Assembly (NCBI GenBank): GCA_964016885.1
Contig: OZ024764.1
Coordinates: 23,622,001-23,686,000 of the forward strand
Length of the DNA: 64,000 nucleotides
Direction: 5' to 3'
Source: Eledone cirrhosa
Taxonomy: Eukaryota
Of the stretch, positions 36,238-51,297 are shown in pieces (the first letter of the stretch is position 1; the number at the start of each line of letters is the position of its first letter). Position numbers and translations under genes: made by a program. The notes beneath the pieces are model-generated. The model saw only the letters and a list, made by a program, of their open reading frames with translations, had not been told where the DNA came from and did no database searches.

Positions 36238-39200
36238 TTAATCTAATGTCACTAATAACTACTTTTATCAGTCAGTTTAATCTAATGTCACTAATAACTA
36301 CTTTTATCAGTCAGTATAATCTAACGTCACTAATAACTACTTTTATCAGTCAGTATAATCTAACGTCACTAATAACTACTTTTATCAGTCAGTTTAATCT
36401 AATGTCACTAATAACTACTTTTGTCTGTCAGTATAATCTAATGTCACTAATAACTACTTTTATCTGTCAGTTTAATCTAATGTCACTAATAACTACTTTT
36501 ATCAGTCAGTTTAATCTAATGTCACTAATAACTACTTTTATCAGTCAGTTTAATCTAATCTCACTAATAACTACTTTTATCAGTCAGTTTAATCTAATGT
36601 CACTAATAACTACTTTTATCAGTCAGTATAATCTAATGCCACTAATAGCTACTTTTGTCTGTCAGTATAATCTAATGTCACTAATAACTACTTTTATCTG
36701 TCAGTTTAATCTAATGTCACTAATAACTACTTTTATCAGTCAGTTTAATCTAATGTCACTAATAACTACTTTTATCAGTCAGTATAATCTAATGCCACTA
36801 ATAGCTACTTTTGTCTGTCAGTATAATCTAATGTCACTAATAACTACTTTTATCTGTCAGTTTAATCTAATGTCACTAATAACTACTTTTATCAGTCAGT
36901 TTAATCTAATGTCACTAATAACTACTTTTATCAGTCAGTATAATCTAATGCCACTAATAGCTACTTTTGTCTGTCAGTATAATCTAATGTCACTAATAAC
37001 TACTTTTATCAGTCAGTATAATCTAATGCCACTAATAGCTACTTTTGTCTGTCAGTATAATCTAATGTCACTAATAACTACTTTTATCAGTCAGTATAAT
37101 CTAATGCCACTAATAGCTACTTTTGTCTGTCAGTATAATCTAATGTCACTAATAACTACTTTTATCTGTCAGTTTAATCTAATGTCACTAATAACTACTT
37201 TTATCAGTCAGTATAATCTAATGTAATAACTACTTTTATCAGTCAGTATAATCTAATGTCACTAATAACTACTTTTATCTGTCAGTTTAATCTAATGTCA
37301 CTAATAACTACTTTTATCAGTCAGTATAATCTAATGTAATAACTACTTTTATCAGTCAGTATAATCTAATGTCACTAATAACTACTTTTATCAGTCAGTA
37401 TAATCTAATGCCACTAATAGCTACTTTTGTCTGTCAGTATAATCTAATGTCACTAATAACTACTTTTATCAGTCAGTATAATCTAATGTCACTAATAACT
37501 ACTTTTATCAGTCAGTATAATCTAATGTCACTAATAACTACTTTTATCTGTCAGTTTAATCTAATGTCACTAATAACTACTTTTATCAGTCAGTATAATC
37601 TAATGTCACTAATAACTACTTTTATCAGTCAGTTTAATCTAATGTCACTAATAACTACTTTTATCAGTCAGTATAATCTAATGCCACTAATAGCTACTTT
37701 TGTCTGTCAGTATAATCTAATGTCACTAATAACTACTTTTATCTGTCAGTTTAATCTAATGTCACTAATAACTACTTTTATCAGTCAGTATAATCTAATG
37801 TAATAACTACTTTTATCAGTCAGTATAATCTAATGTCACTAATAACTACTTTTATCAGTCAGTTTAATCTAATGTCACTAATAACTACTTTTATCAGTCA
37901 GTTTAATCTAATGTAATAACTACTTTTATCAGTCAGTTTAATCTAATGTAATAACTACTTTTATCAGTCAGTATAATCTAATGTCACTAATAACTACTTT
38001 TATCAGTCAGTATAATCTAAAGTCACTAATAACTACTTTTATCAGTCAGTTTAATCTAATGTCACTAATAACTACTTTTATCAGTCAGTATAATCTAATG
38101 TAATAACTACTTTTATCAGTCAGTATAATCTAATGTCACTAATAACTACTTTTATCAGTCAGTTTAATCTAATGTCACTAATAACTACTTTTATCAGTCA
38201 GTTTAATCTAATGTAATAACTACTTTTATCAGTCAGTTTAATCTAATGTAATAACTACTTTTATCAGTCAGTATAATCTAATGTCACTAATAACTACTTT
38301 TATCAGTCAGTATAATCTAAAGTCACTAATAACTACTTTTATCAGTCAGTTTAATCTAATGTCACTAATAACTACTTTTATCAGTCAGTATAATCTAATG
38401 TCACTAATAACTACTTTTATCAGTCAGTATAATCTAATGTCACTAATAACTACTTTTATCAGTCAGTATAATCTAATGTCACTAATAACTACTTTTATCA
38501 GTCAGTATAATCTAATGTCACTAATAACTACTTTTATCTGTCAGTTTAATCTAATGTCACTAATAACTACTTTTATCAGTCAGTATAATCTAATGTCACT
38601 AATAACTACTTTTATCAGTCAGTATAATCTAATGTCACTAATAACTACTTTTATCAGTCAGTATAATCTAAAGTCACTAATAACTACTTTTATCAGTCAG
38701 TTTAATCTAATGTCACTAATAACTACTTTTATCAGTCAGTATAATCTAATGTCACTAATAACTACTTTTATCAGTCAGTATAATCTACTGTCACTAATAA
38801 CTACTTTTATCAGTCAGTATAATCTAATGTCACTAATAACTACTTTTATCAGTCAGTATAATCTAATGTCACTAATAACTACTTTTATCTGTCAGTTTAA
38901 TCTAATGTCACTAATAACTACTTTTATCTGTCAGTTTAATCTAATGTCACTAATAACTACTTTTATCTGTCAGTTTAATCTAATGTCACTAATAACTACT
39001 TTTATCAGTCAGTATAATCTAATGTCACTAATAACTACTTTTATCTGTCAGTTTAATCTAATGTCACTAATAACTACTTTTATCTGTCAGTTTAATCTAA
39101 TGTCACTAATAACTACTTTTATCAGTCAGTATAATCTAATGTCACTAATAACTACTTTTATCTGTCAGTTTAATCTAATGTCACTAATAACTACTTTTAT

Positions 39201-40625
39201 CAGTCAGTATAATCTAATGTCACTAATAACTACTTTTATCAGTCAGCATAATCTAATGTCACTAATAACTACTTTTATCAGTCAGTATAATCTAATGTCA
39301 CTAATAACTACTTTTATCAGTCAGTATAATCTAATGTCACTAATAACTACTTTTATCAGTCAGTATAATCTAACGTCACTAATAACTACTTTTATCAGTC
39401 AGTTTAATCTAATGTCACTAATAACTACTTTTATCAGTCAGTATAATCTAATGTCACTAATAACTACTTTTATCAGTCAGTTTAATCTAATGTAATAACT
39501 ACTTTTATCAGTCAGTATAATCTAATGTCACTAATAACTACTTTTATCAGTCAGTATAATCTAACGTCACTAATAACTACTTTTATCAGTCAGTTTAATC
39601 TAATGTAATAACTACTTTTATCAGTCAGTATAATCTAATGTCACTAATAACTACTTTTATCAGTCAGTTTAATCTAATGTCACTAATAACTACTTTTATC
39701 AGTCAGTTTAATCTAATGTAATAACTACTTTTATCAGTCAGTTTAATCTAATGTCACTAATAACTACTTTTATCAGTCAGTATAATCTAATGTCACTAAT
39801 AACTACTTTTATCAGTCAGTATAATCTAATGTCACTAATAACTACTTTTATCAGTCAGTATAATCTAATGTCACTAATAACTACTTTTATCAGTCAGTTT
39901 AATCTAATGTCACTAATAACTACTTTTATCAGTCAGTATAATCTAATGTCACTAATAACTACTTTTATCTGTCAGTATAATCTAATGTCACTAATAACTA
40001 CTTTTATCAGTCAGTATAATCTAATGTCACTAATAACTACTTTTATCTGTCAGTATAATCTAATGTCACTAATAACTACTTTTATCAGTCAGTTTAATCT
40101 AATGTCACTAATAACTACTTTTATCAGTCAGTTTAATCTAATGTCACTAATAACTACTTTTATCAGTCAGTTTAATCTAATGTCACTAATAACTACTTTT
40201 ATCAGTCAGTTTAATCTAATGTCACTAATAACTACTTTTATCAGTCAGTTTAATCTAATGTCACTAATAACTACTTTTATCAGTCAGTTTAATCTAATGT
40301 CACTAATAACTACTTTTATCTGTTAGTTTAATCTAATGTCACTAATAACTACTTTTATCAGTCAGTTTAATCTAATGTCACTAATAACTACTTTTATCAG
40401 TCAGTATAATCTAATGTCACTAATAACTACTTTTATCAGTCAGTATAATCTAATGTCACTAATAACTACTTTTATCAGTCAGTATAATCTAATGTCACTA
40501 ATAACTACTTTTATCAGTCAGTTTAATCTAATGTCACTAATAACTACTTTTATCAGTCAGTTTAATCTAATGTCACTAATAACTACTTTTATCAGTCAGT
40601 TTAATCTACTACCACTAATAACTAA
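36238..40625. repeat. 39-bp minisatellite, ~112 copies, in predicted intron 1 of paralog 3
   Basis: Unit T(T/A)TAATCTAATGTCACTAATAACTACTTTTATCAGTCAG, with 35-bp deletion variants. Confidence 0.98.
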
Positions 40626-41585
40626 CCTATGTTAGGCAGCACATTCTTCACCAAGGAAGGCCTTAGTATTTATTACAGTCCATTTATCAATATAGAAATA
40701 TTATATGAAATTTGTACTGATGTATTACAAGTTTCTGAGTATCTTATAATGTTCTTTTATTATTTCAGAATACCAGAGGACATTGGCATTAAAGAGCACG
40801 TTACATCAGACATATCCTCAACATTAACCATCTCTAATGAAAGACACTACCCATCATTTTCAAATAATTTTGAAAACACTCAACACTTTGAAGTGATTTA
40901 GTAATATAACTAAATTTCTCAGTATTAAGCTGCTATTTGGAACATAATTTTGCACAATTTCATGAAGTTACAATGGAAAGTTTTTAGATAAATATAAAGA
41001 CTGGTATGAAAAGGATAAAACACTTTTATATCAGTTGTTTCATCAACACTATTATTTAAAGATTAAAGGAAGCTGTTATACAGTACAGATACAACCTTGT
41101 TTATATAAATCTATGGGAGAAATACTGGGAAATATTTCTTGTAAACTCAATAACCCTTCTATTCTTTGCTGTCTGGAATATGTAGAAGATACAAAATAAA
41201 GCAGAAGAAATCTACACATGATTTTGTAAGATCTTCATATATTGACAAAGATGATAGTAGATGGAACTACAGGAGTAGAAATATTTCCATTATTACAGGA
41301 ATAACTAATCAAATAAAAACCAGAAAAATTAGATTCTTCACTGTCTAGAATATGTACAAGATGATTTTATATGTATATTAAACTTGAAGACATCTACAAA
41401 ACAGTTTGTATCATCTTTAAATATAAAGAAAGACCAAGTTGATGGAAATATATCTGGAGGAATATGTTTCAGGAATAATATTATAAACATAAAGAAGAAA
41501 AATATCCATATATTGACAGAAGAAAAATATTAAAACTGTGAATTATGTGAGAAACTGAGGTCATTGATATCTTTTAGTAGGAGTT

Positions 41586-43118
41586 ATGTCGAAAAATATA
41601 GTAAAATCACCATTCCACTGTGATATCTGTGGTAAATCATTCTCTCGTAGTAATCAGCTAACTACTCCCAAACGTATTCATACAGGAGAGAAGCCTTATC
41701 ACTGTGAAATCTGTGGTAAATCATTCAGTTACGGTAGTAGCATCAGAGTTCACAAGCAAATTCATACAGGAGAGAAGCCACATCACTGTGACATCTGTAG
41801 TAAATCATTCTCTTGCAGAGATAGCTTAACTGATCACAAACGTATTCATACAGGAGAGAAGCCACATCACTGTGACATCTGTTGTAAATCATTCTCTTGC
41901 AGAGATAGCTTAACTACTCACAAACGTATTCATACAGGAGAGAAGCCATATCACTGTGATATCTGCGGTAAATCATTCGCTGACAGAAGTTGCTTAGCTA
42001 CCCACAGACGTACTCATACAGGAGAGAAGCCATATCACTGTGACATCTGCGGTAATTCATTCTCTCAGAGCAATCACCTAACTACTCACAAACGTATTCA
42101 TACAGGAGAGAAGACATATCAGTGTGACATCTGTGGTAATTCATTCTCTCGTAGTGATAACCTAACTACTCACAAACGTACTCATACGGGAGACAAACCA
42201 TATCACTGTGACATCTGTGGTAAATCATTTGCTGACAGAAGTTGCTTAGCTACCCACAGACGTACTCATACAGGACAGAAGCCATATCACTGTGACATCT
42301 GCGGTAATTCATTCTCTCATAGTAATAACCTAACTACTCACAAACGTATTCATACAGGAGAGAAGCCATATCAGTGTGACATCTGTGGTAATTCATTCTC
42401 TCATAGTAATAACCTAACTACTCACAAACGTACTCATACAGGAGAGAAGCCATATCACTGTGACATCTGTGGTAAATCATTCTCTCGTAATCACCTAACT
42501 CTCCACAAACGTACTCATACAGGAGAGAAGCCATATCACTGTGACATCTGTGGTAAATCATTCTCTCATAGTAATCTCCTAACTATCCACAAACGTGCTC
42601 ATACAGGAGAGAAGCCATATCACTGTGACATCTGTGGTAAATCATTCTCTCAAAGTAATCACCTAACTCTCCACAAACGTACTCATACAGGAGAGAAGCC
42701 ATATCACTGTGACATCTGTGGTAAATCATTCTCTCGTAGTAATCACCTAACTCTCCACAAACGTACTCATACAGGAGAGAAGCCATATCACTGTGACATC
42801 TGTGGTAAATCATTCTCTCATAGTAATCTCCTAACTCTCCACAAACGTACTCATACAGGAGAGAAGCCATATCACTGTGACATCTGTGGTAAATCATTCT
42901 CTCGTAGTAATCACCTAACTATCCACAAACGTACTCATACAGGAGAGAAGCCATATCACTGTGACATCTGTGGTAAATCATTCTCTCATAGTAATCACCT
43001 AACTCTCCACAAACGTACTCATACAGGAGAGAAGCCATATCACTGTGACATCTGTGGTAAATCATTCTCTCTTAGAGGTAACTTAACCAGGCATGTGCGT
43101 ATTCATACAGAAGTTTAG
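41586..43118 (+). CDS. C2H2 zinc-finger protein, 18 fingers (paralog 3)
   Basis: 510-aa ORF, nearly identical to paralog 1 from finger 3 onward and 3 fingers shorter. Finger 1 has a His->Pro ligand change (TTPKRIH). It shares the short finger 11. Confidence 0.93.
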   Translation: MSKNIVKSPFHCDICGKSFSRSNQLTTPKRIHTGEKPYHCEICGKSFSYGSSIRVHKQIHTGEKPHHCDICSKSFSCRDSLTDHKRIHTGEKPHHCDICCKSFSCRDSLTTHKRIHTGEKPYHCDICGKSFADRSCLATHRRTHTGEKPYHCDICGNSFSQSNHLTTHKRIHTGEKTYQCDICGNSFSRSDNLTTHKRTHTGDKPYHCDICGKSFADRSCLATHRRTHTGQKPYHCDICGNSFSHSNNLTTHKRIHTGEKPYQCDICGNSFSHSNNLTTHKRTHTGEKPYHCDICGKSFSRNHLTLHKRTHTGEKPYHCDICGKSFSHSNLLTIHKRAHTGEKPYHCDICGKSFSQSNHLTLHKRTHTGEKPYHCDICGKSFSRSNHLTLHKRTHTGEKPYHCDICGKSFSHSNLLTLHKRTHTGEKPYHCDICGKSFSRSNHLTIHKRTHTGEKPYHCDICGKSFSHSNHLTLHKRTHTGEKPYHCDICGKSFSLRGNLTRHVRIHTEV

Positions 43119-46100
43119 CTGTGTCAATATCAAACTCATTACATCATACTACTACAACAAATGTGTAGATCCATCATCCTTGCTAAAACTGGGGTCAACC
43201 TTGTAGGTTTTACCTAGGACAGGGATCATAAACACCAGGTTTCCATTTTTGAAGCAGTGTTTGAAGATTTTGTGTAAATTAAAGTTTTTCACATTAAACT
43301 TTGATTTATTATACTTTAACAGGTAAGATATATATTTGTATTTTTAGTAAAGGTTGGGAACTTCTGTAATTTAAACCTGCCAATAAAATGAAAACTTTTG
43401 TTGTTGCTAGTCAGACATTGGTATTAATTCTATTGTCCTGTACATTGTCTCAAATATCACAGATTAAACAGATTTTAACAACATCAACAGAAATCAATAA
43501 CTTGTAAGCCTAATATCTAGCTTCCATTTTAACTATTTGATATTGTTGTTCCCCTCCTGTCTCTTCAGGTCTTTTAGATTTCAACTTCTATCTACTGTAC
43601 TATTCCATCACCAAGGCAACATTCATCTGGCTGGCAGCTTACATCAACTACAGATCTCATCAGTGGTTCACAACAAGCTGGCTGAAAGAAACTTCTAGAT
43701 ATCTTCTATATCATAGCTATCAATCTCCTCCTCCTTATCATATGTACCACTCTCACAGTCCCTCTAGATCTTATATTTAACAAGGAGATCTTTTACTATC
43801 TCTACCCTTTTCTCTAGGTTGTCTTGTACCACTCTCACAGTCCCTCTAGATCTTATATTTAACGGGGAGATTCTTTACTGTCTCTACTCTTTTCTCTAGG
43901 TTGTCTTGTACCTCTCTCACAGTCCCTATATATATCTTATATTTAACAGGGAGATTTTTTACTATCCCTACCCTTTTCTCCAGATTGTCTTGTATCTCTT
44001 TTACAGTCCCTCTAGATCTTATATTTAACAGGGAGATCTTTTACTAGCCCTACCCTTTTCTCTAGGTTTTCTTTTACCTCTCACAGTCCCTCTAGATCTT
44101 ATATTTAACAGGGAGATCTTTTACTCTCCAACCCTTTTCTCTAGGTCGTCTTGTACCTCCCTCACAATCCCTGTAGATCTTATATTTAACAGGGAGATCT
44201 TTTACTCTCCAACCCTTCTACAGATAGTCTTGTATATGTCATTACCTCTAGATCTTACACCTCGTATCTAGTCTATGTTGAGTGGTACGTCTTTCTCCAG
44301 TAAAGGAGTTAATATTCCCAACCATCTGTCTATCCTGTTTTCTGATGAGAATGAAGTCAATCTAGTTTATCTCTTCACCTGATTGAAGTAACTAGATGGT
44401 TTCCTGTAAGTTAGTGTTGCAGTGTTTGTGTCACCATGTAAGGTTTATATCTATTAATATAGAGATGTAGTAAAGTTTTCACTGTTGTATCTCTACTTTC
44501 TAAATATCTTAATAATGTTTCTCTACTATTTCAGAATATCACATGACCTTGACAGAAAAGAGTCTTTTAAAGACAACAGAAAGATGTTACATACAAGTGA
44601 TATAAACTTGTTTAGTCTGTGGTGAATTATGGTGAAATATTTCTTCTGAATTGAGATAAATATTTTCCTTTTTCACTGTCTGGAATATTTACAAGATGAT
44701 TTTACATTCTGATTAAACTTTAGATATTTACAAAGGAGTTTTCAAAATATTTGGATATTGACAAAGATCACATTTGGTAAAAATTATGAACAATAGAAAT
44801 ATTTACATCAACATAGGAATATTTTCCAGAAGAGATGGGAAAATCATTATACCACTGTAATATTTGTGGTAAAGTATTCTCTCTTCTTTATATGTAGAAC
44901 ATCTAACTAAACACTTGAACTAACAAACTATTGTGCTATAGAATTGACAAACTTGAGCAATGTTTAATAAATGTTACAGATTTCTCCAAACTGTCGTTTA
45001 CTAACTTTAATTTGAAGCTATATTATCTATATACTACTAAAACTCTGTGATTGTGTCTTGTCTAATTTAATACAGCTAAAACAGTGCATAATGGGGAAAT
45101 ACTTTGAAAAGAATAAAACAATTTTTGTATAAATTGGAGCACAGGTTCCCAAGATTCAAGGTTTTCTGGGTACCTTGATATATATAGGGAGAGAAAGAGA
45201 TAGTGGTTGTGAGAGTGAGGAGACAGATGGAAGAGAGAGAGCTGGTGGTGTTGTTTAATAAAATGTGTGTGTGTATATATATATATATACGTATGTATAT
45301 TTTAACTATTTAAAAATTATTTTTAAATGACTTTTAAAAAATAGTTTTAAGGGAACGTCACCCAACAGGTCCCGGGTGGTCTAGTTTGTTACTAAATACT
45401 AGATATTAGAGGGTCATGTTGTTCTAGATGTGCTGGAAGAGCCATTCCATCTTGTGAGGTTCACACCAGCAGCTAGCCACCTCAGCACCTATGGTGGTAT
45501 ATTTATCATATTATTTATTCTTTATCATTAACATTAATATAAAAGATAATTATATATTTTTAGAGAAGAACCTCTAATTTTATATAGCTTAGGGCTTCAG
45601 TAGGTAAAGTCTGGCTCTGCTTGTCTTGTATTTTTTAGGGGAGAAGTTAGGGAATATTGTTATCGTGTGAAAGTTTTCTAAATCTTCTTCAACCACTAAC
45701 ATGGAGAAGATATTTCAGTAAAAAGGTTCACATCCTGACATCTATAGCTGTTAACAATGAGATTGGAATTCATTATTAAACAAATGTTATATCATCATCA
45801 TTGTTTAACAACAGTTTTTTCACTCTGGCATAGGTTAGACGAGTTATCCTGTTGTAAGCAATGCCAGGTCAGGTGACCACGTGTTGCTCCTACAGAACAA
45901 ATTTTGGATTGGTTTCTACAGCTGGATGCCCTTCCTAGCACCAACCTTATTTACATTGAGTACTGGGTGCATTTTACCATCTCACCATCACGACCACTTT
46001 ACAGTGTGGGCTGGGTGCTTTTTGTTGTGACACCTACATGACCACTTTAAAGTTTTGACTGGGTGCTTTTTGTCGTGACACCTACATGACCACTTTATAG

Positions 46101-47125
46101 TGTGGACTGGGTACTTTCTGTTGTGACACCAACATTACCACTTTAAAGTTTTGGCTGGGTACTTTTTGTTGTCACCTACATGACCACTTTACAGTGTGGG
46201 CTGGGTGCTTTTTGTCATATCACCTACATGACCACCTTATAATGTTCACTGTGTTCTTTGCAGTGTGGGTTGGGTGCTTTTTGTCATATCACCTACCCAA
46301 CCACTTTGCAGTGTGGGCAGTGAAATATCAGTAATGCACCAGCTCCAATATTCAGTAATCAGAAGAAGGGAGGTAGGCATAAAAGCCAAACTTGCTGTCT
46401 TCAATTAGGTTTTTGTGCCAACCCTTACCTATGGTCACATATCTTGGGTAATGACCAAAAGAATATGATTGCGAATACAAGTGGCAGATATGGGATTCAT
46501 CTGAAGGGTCTTTGAAGGAATGTTTCTCAATAAAGTGCATAGCTCTGAGATCAGAGAGTCACTCCAGGTGGAGCTGTTACTTCTCCTAATTGAGACATCA
46601 CAGCTGCAATACTATGGCCATGTGGTTAGAATGTCTGAGGAAAGAATCACTGGATAGATTTTACAGGCAAAACTAGCCAGGGGTAGACCTGAGCAAGATG
46701 GTCACATAACATCCATGAGCTTGGCTGGTCTCTCTGGGAGATCCAGCCAGATCAGTTGGAGTGGGTTTCTTCTGACAGGACCTGTTGGATGGAGTGTTTG
46801 AGGACTGCCCCCAAGACCCTCTCTGGAATGACTGAATTAATAAGAAGAGGTTGAGGTTACATCATCAACATCAGATTTCCCTGCTAGCAAGGGTTTAATG
46901 AGTCTACTTCAACCAAGTAAGTACTGAAGTGAGGCTACTGATCTCCCAGACAGACCAAGGATCTGAGACTTATTTACATAAGGTCTCATTTGCTACTGAG
47001 TGCACAGAAAAGGTTATGATTGAAGGGTTCTCCAACACTATTGTCGGGCAAGCTTTCTATGGCTAGATGTCCTTCACATGACCAACCACATTACAGCCTG
47101 TGTTGGGTGTGTTTATCATGTAGGT

Positions 47126-49151
47126 GAGGCATAACAAACTGAGGGTTCCCCAAGGGCCACATAGGTCACATGTGTTGTCTGAGGGTTGCACAGTGCAACT
47201 AATTATGTACACAACAACTAATTAAAGTCATTTAATAAAATTTAATATAAAAAGATTTGTTACTTAAATTTAGAAACATACAATGTACATACAAATGTTT
47301 TAGCAGCATTCATGAATACAAAGTAATGAAGTAGTTTGATAAAAAACTAAAATTTAACATGTCAACATATACTTGCAGATTGTAACAGCAACAAATACAT
47401 TGTACACAAATAACAACAGTTGAAAACTGAACATTTATTTGCTACTATTCAACTATTTTTAGTGTTTTGTCCTGAGGCTTGACACTTCTTTCTGTTGACT
47501 ATTTTTGGTATCTCTGGCTGAAATGTCTGTACAGTTTCAACTTTAATCAGAGATGACAAGTGTTGATCTGTCAACCTTGTTCTCTGAGAAGTTTTTGTTA
47601 AGCTAAGTACAGACTCAGTATGGGCAGTGATTTTCAGCTCTTTGCACATAAGAAAATGAATTAAATTTTCATCTGACAACGGAGACTTCCATAAGCTAAG
47701 TTTTCTAATGAAGAACTTGATGTCATCATACAACTGAGTGATGGGTTTGTTTTTACCTTGTAATTTCAAATTAAGGTCAGTTAATTGTGCAGTAATATCC
47801 ACAAATAAAGCCAGATGTTGGAGCCAACTTTCATCTTTTATTTCATCTGTGTTTTGACTTTTCATCTCCAAAAACATAATTATTTCAGCACTTTGTGACA
47901 TGTCAACCAGCAGACTTCTGTGTCGAATGGAACATTGGTGAACTGATTATCCATATCTTCCAACAACTGGCTGAACTGACGGTGGTTGAGAGCATGGCCT
48001 CTGATTTAGTTCACTGTCTTTGTGACCAAGCTAAGCACATGATGCAATTTTAAAATCTTTGAACATAAATTTTGCTGATGAATAATAGTGAAAATGTGCA
48101 AATGATGAATCTAGATATGAGTTTTCTATTTTTGTTTGTAACTTGGCAGCAACACCATTATGTCTACCAACCATATTTGCAGCACTGTCAGTAGATAAAC
48201 ATGCAAGTTTACTCAGATCAAAACCATGCAGACCCTGCTTAACCTTCTCAAAGATGTCCTGGCTCGTTATAGTGTCATGCATGGGGACCAGTTCAATCAG
48301 TTCTTCATAAATATTAAATTCACTGTCACAGGCCCTGATGAAGAATGCAAGCTGTACTATTTCAGTGATGTCAACAGTCTCTTCAATAGCAATAGAAACA
48401 TGTTCAAACCTTGATGATACAGCCTTTAACTGTTGTTTCAGATCACCTGACATTTCATTAATCTGTTCAGCAACAGTGTTACTCGTTAATGAAATGTCTT
48501 TGAATAACTCTGCTTTCTCTGTACAATTTCAGCTGTTTTTACAAGACATTGCTTCACAAAATCTCCTTCACTGTAAGATTTCCCACTCATGGCAATCATT
48601 CGACTGAGTTCATAGCTTGCAGTAACGGAAGTGACATTCTCTTCCTGAATTAACATAAAACAGGTCTATTGCTGTGTCAAGTTAGACTTCAATTCCTTGA
48701 GTCTTGAAACACACATTGGGCCTTCATATTTATCGTAAGATCGAGGGTTTCTTTCATAATGTCTTTTTAAATTGTACTCTTTTGGCGTGGAGATGTAGTT
48801 GTTGCAAATTAAACAGTGTATCTTTCTGTTCACCATTGGGCAAAAATACTGTAATTCCCACTTTTCTTGAAACACTTGCCCTTCTTCGTTCAATTTCCTT
48901 TTTCTCTTAGCTGGAGGAGCACTAACCATTTCAAAACCAAAAACTTTTGAAATTTTGAAAGAAAGTTTTCTGTTAATGAACTGCACGTGATTAATGGAAG
49001 TTAAAAGTAGTTGACAAAAATTGCACAAAAAAAACAATTGTATCGAAAAATTTTTAAATTTTATATTACGAAAATGAAACATGCTCGCATGTAAAAACCT
49101 TTGTGTGGGCCGCAGGTTTGCTTGCAAAGGGCCGCATGTTTGACAGGTCTG
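47126..49151 (-). mobile_element. hAT Buster-type fossil, copy co-duplicated with the gene unit
   Basis: Same insertion site and TSD (ATGTAGGT/ATGTGGGT); same ~320-bp internal deletion as 6264-8230. Confidence 0.9.
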
Positions 49152-49289
49152 ATGTGGGTTACCAACACTAGGGAGGGCAGCATGTCCTTCAATGTCTTCT
49201 GCTACATTAACTACCAGGAGGTCACCACATGACACAAAGACATTTCAAAGAAGGGTCACAAAAGAACTAAATACAAAAGTACCCACAAT

Positions 49290-49600
49290 TCAGCAAAAAG
49301 CAAATAATTGAGCTTTGGGTCTAGGTTAATGGGGCAGAAGTGCTGTGGCCTGTGGACAAGACTACAAAAGTATTCCCCCCCCCCCCCTGGACGATGGACA
49401 GTTACACCCACTGGAACAGCCACCCCAACCTCATGGGGCTCCCTCTTCAGAAGAGCCACCAACGTTCTGATCTTGCAGAGGAGCTTGGCAGTACGGGGTC
49501 CAAGTACTTCTGAGGTCTCGATGGTGACCGGTGTGAAGAGACCTACAATTGATGTCATCCCAGTTATGTTGGACTGTAATATACTGGGGTATAGAGAGGC
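49290..49600 (-). mobile_element. Old REL-endonuclease retrotransposon 3' fragment (copy ~63010-63305; mostly deleted at ~8420)
   Basis: FTPVTIETSEVLGP resembles FQPVAFETFGGVGP of the CRE-like element. Confidence 0.55.
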
Positions 49601-51152
49601 CTTAACCTGTCTCAGCCGGGCCACCCAGGGTTGTGTCATCTAGGTACCAGACAGGGGTGACTAGACCATGTTGTCAACTGTCAGCACCAATAGGAGTGAG
49701 GTGAGTGGGACCCCTTGCTAGACACCATATATAAAAACGTATTTGCTAATTACTTTAGTGAATAATTTGTTTCATACGTAATTATTACTTTTAACACAAT
49801 AGGATTTTGTACACGTGTTTGTTTGAAAACATCTTTCAAAGAAGTATGAGACAGTCTTTTGTAGTGTTTATTATAATAAATTACTGTATGTTGAGCTGAT
49901 TTAACTTCTCCACCTTCTATTATTTTATATTGTTTTTGTAAAAAAACGATATCTTTTTCATATATATATATGAAGGCGTGTGGCTGAGTGGTTAGAGAAT
50001 TAGATTCGGAATTGTGAGGTTGTGAGTTCGATTCCCAGACCGGGCGATGCGTTATGTCCTTGAGCAAGACATTTTATTTCACGTTGCTCCTTCTACCTGG
50101 AGTTGCGACCGATAGATAGTATTAGCAATTGGAAAGACCAATGGAAACATTGTTTCCTCGGTCCGATTTGACGAAAAGTCGATCATAAAAAGTATATAGA
50201 GAGAAACACAAACATACACTACTGTATTACATATGTAAGGGGAGACAACTCTCGTTACACCCCCCCCTTCTTTTTGATATACGTCAATTAAATACTTTGT
50301 TCAATGGAACCTGCTTTATTTTGTGTCCTAAGTAGATTTCTGTTTAACTATTTACGAGATTCACAATGATTCACGTAACCAAGTTACTTACATAGAGATA
50401 TATTTCACATAGAATCACAACAAATGAAAATATTAAGTCAACACTCTGTCAATCAGTCTCACATCACATGGGGTGCCGGAGTCTCCCTCTAATAATTTCT
50501 GAGACAGTCTTACCTCGAGTGATAGCAAGGCTAAGATGTTGGAACTACCAAACACCCTCATATGTATCACCTGACACCTCGGTAAGGAGAGCTGCCAACG
50601 ATAACAAGAACCTCGTTGTCAGGCACCTATCTCCTCCAAACTTCTCCAACACCACAGACTAGAATATTCTACTCTTTATTCCCTATCAAATATATTTCAG
50701 TCTAGTCATTTGTCTTGTATGTTGTATATATATTTTCAAGACTAACTGTCACATTTGTGAGACCCCAGTTAGTGATGTTTTCGTCTCCCTCCCACATCCT
50801 ACATGCTGTAGTAAAAGTGAGGGTCACTGCTTCTGTGGACGAACGAAATAAAAGTTAAAATACCAGTAATTATCGGCAAAGTATTTATTCCAGTCTGTGA
50901 TGTTTGAGAAGCTGGGCTGTGACAACGAAGTTGTTGTCACTGTTGGCAGCTGGCTTTACCGAAGTACCCGATGACTCTTGTGAGGGTACTTAGCTGTTCT
51001 GGTGGTTTAGCCTCCACATGACCCGATCTTACCGAGATACACGGTGATCTCTGTAAGAGTACTTAGCTGTTCTATTTTAATTACATTTACTGTTTTCAAC
51101 GTTATTTTTTTCTATCACAAACTTTAGATAATTTAATTCGGTAAAAATATTT

Positions 51153-51297
51153 TTACGTCACAAAAAAACTTGACCTTTGACATTGAAACATTCGCAGTGG
51201 TGCAGTTGTCGACTTCCTGTTCACGTGTTAGTCTTCCTACAACATCATTTAGAAAACATTTCTGTAAATACTAAACACCTGAGACTATAATGTAAGT
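51153..51297 (+). promoter_or_regulatory. Predicted promoter/exon 1 of paralog 4
   Basis: Same cluster with the NRF1-like site mutated to ACATTCGCA; donor at 51292. Confidence 0.6.

Noticed and set aside
36238-40625. CRISPR-like array
   Set aside because: No unique spacers, no cas genes, eukaryotic context.
36246-40635. Long ORFs of (MSLITTFISQYNL)n, also at 53202-54085
   Set aside because: Artefact of a 39-bp unit (a multiple of 3) with one stop-free frame. The 35-bp variants break the frame freely and the array lies in a predicted intron.
40629-40901. ORF MLGSTFFTKE... as an N-terminal effector exon (also 18572, 54079)
   Set aside because: It begins in antisense LINE remnant, spans the predicted acceptor, ends ~680 bp before the ZF ATG, and is truncated in paralog 2.
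42583-42897. Antisense repetitive ORF over the ZF array
   Set aside because: Shadow frame of the 84-bp coding repeat.
41190-50300. Unit 3 as a false (haplotypic) duplication of unit 1
   Set aside because: There are many substitutions and indels, and some segments of unit 1 are closer to units 2 or 4. True paralogy is more likely, though read depth should confirm it.
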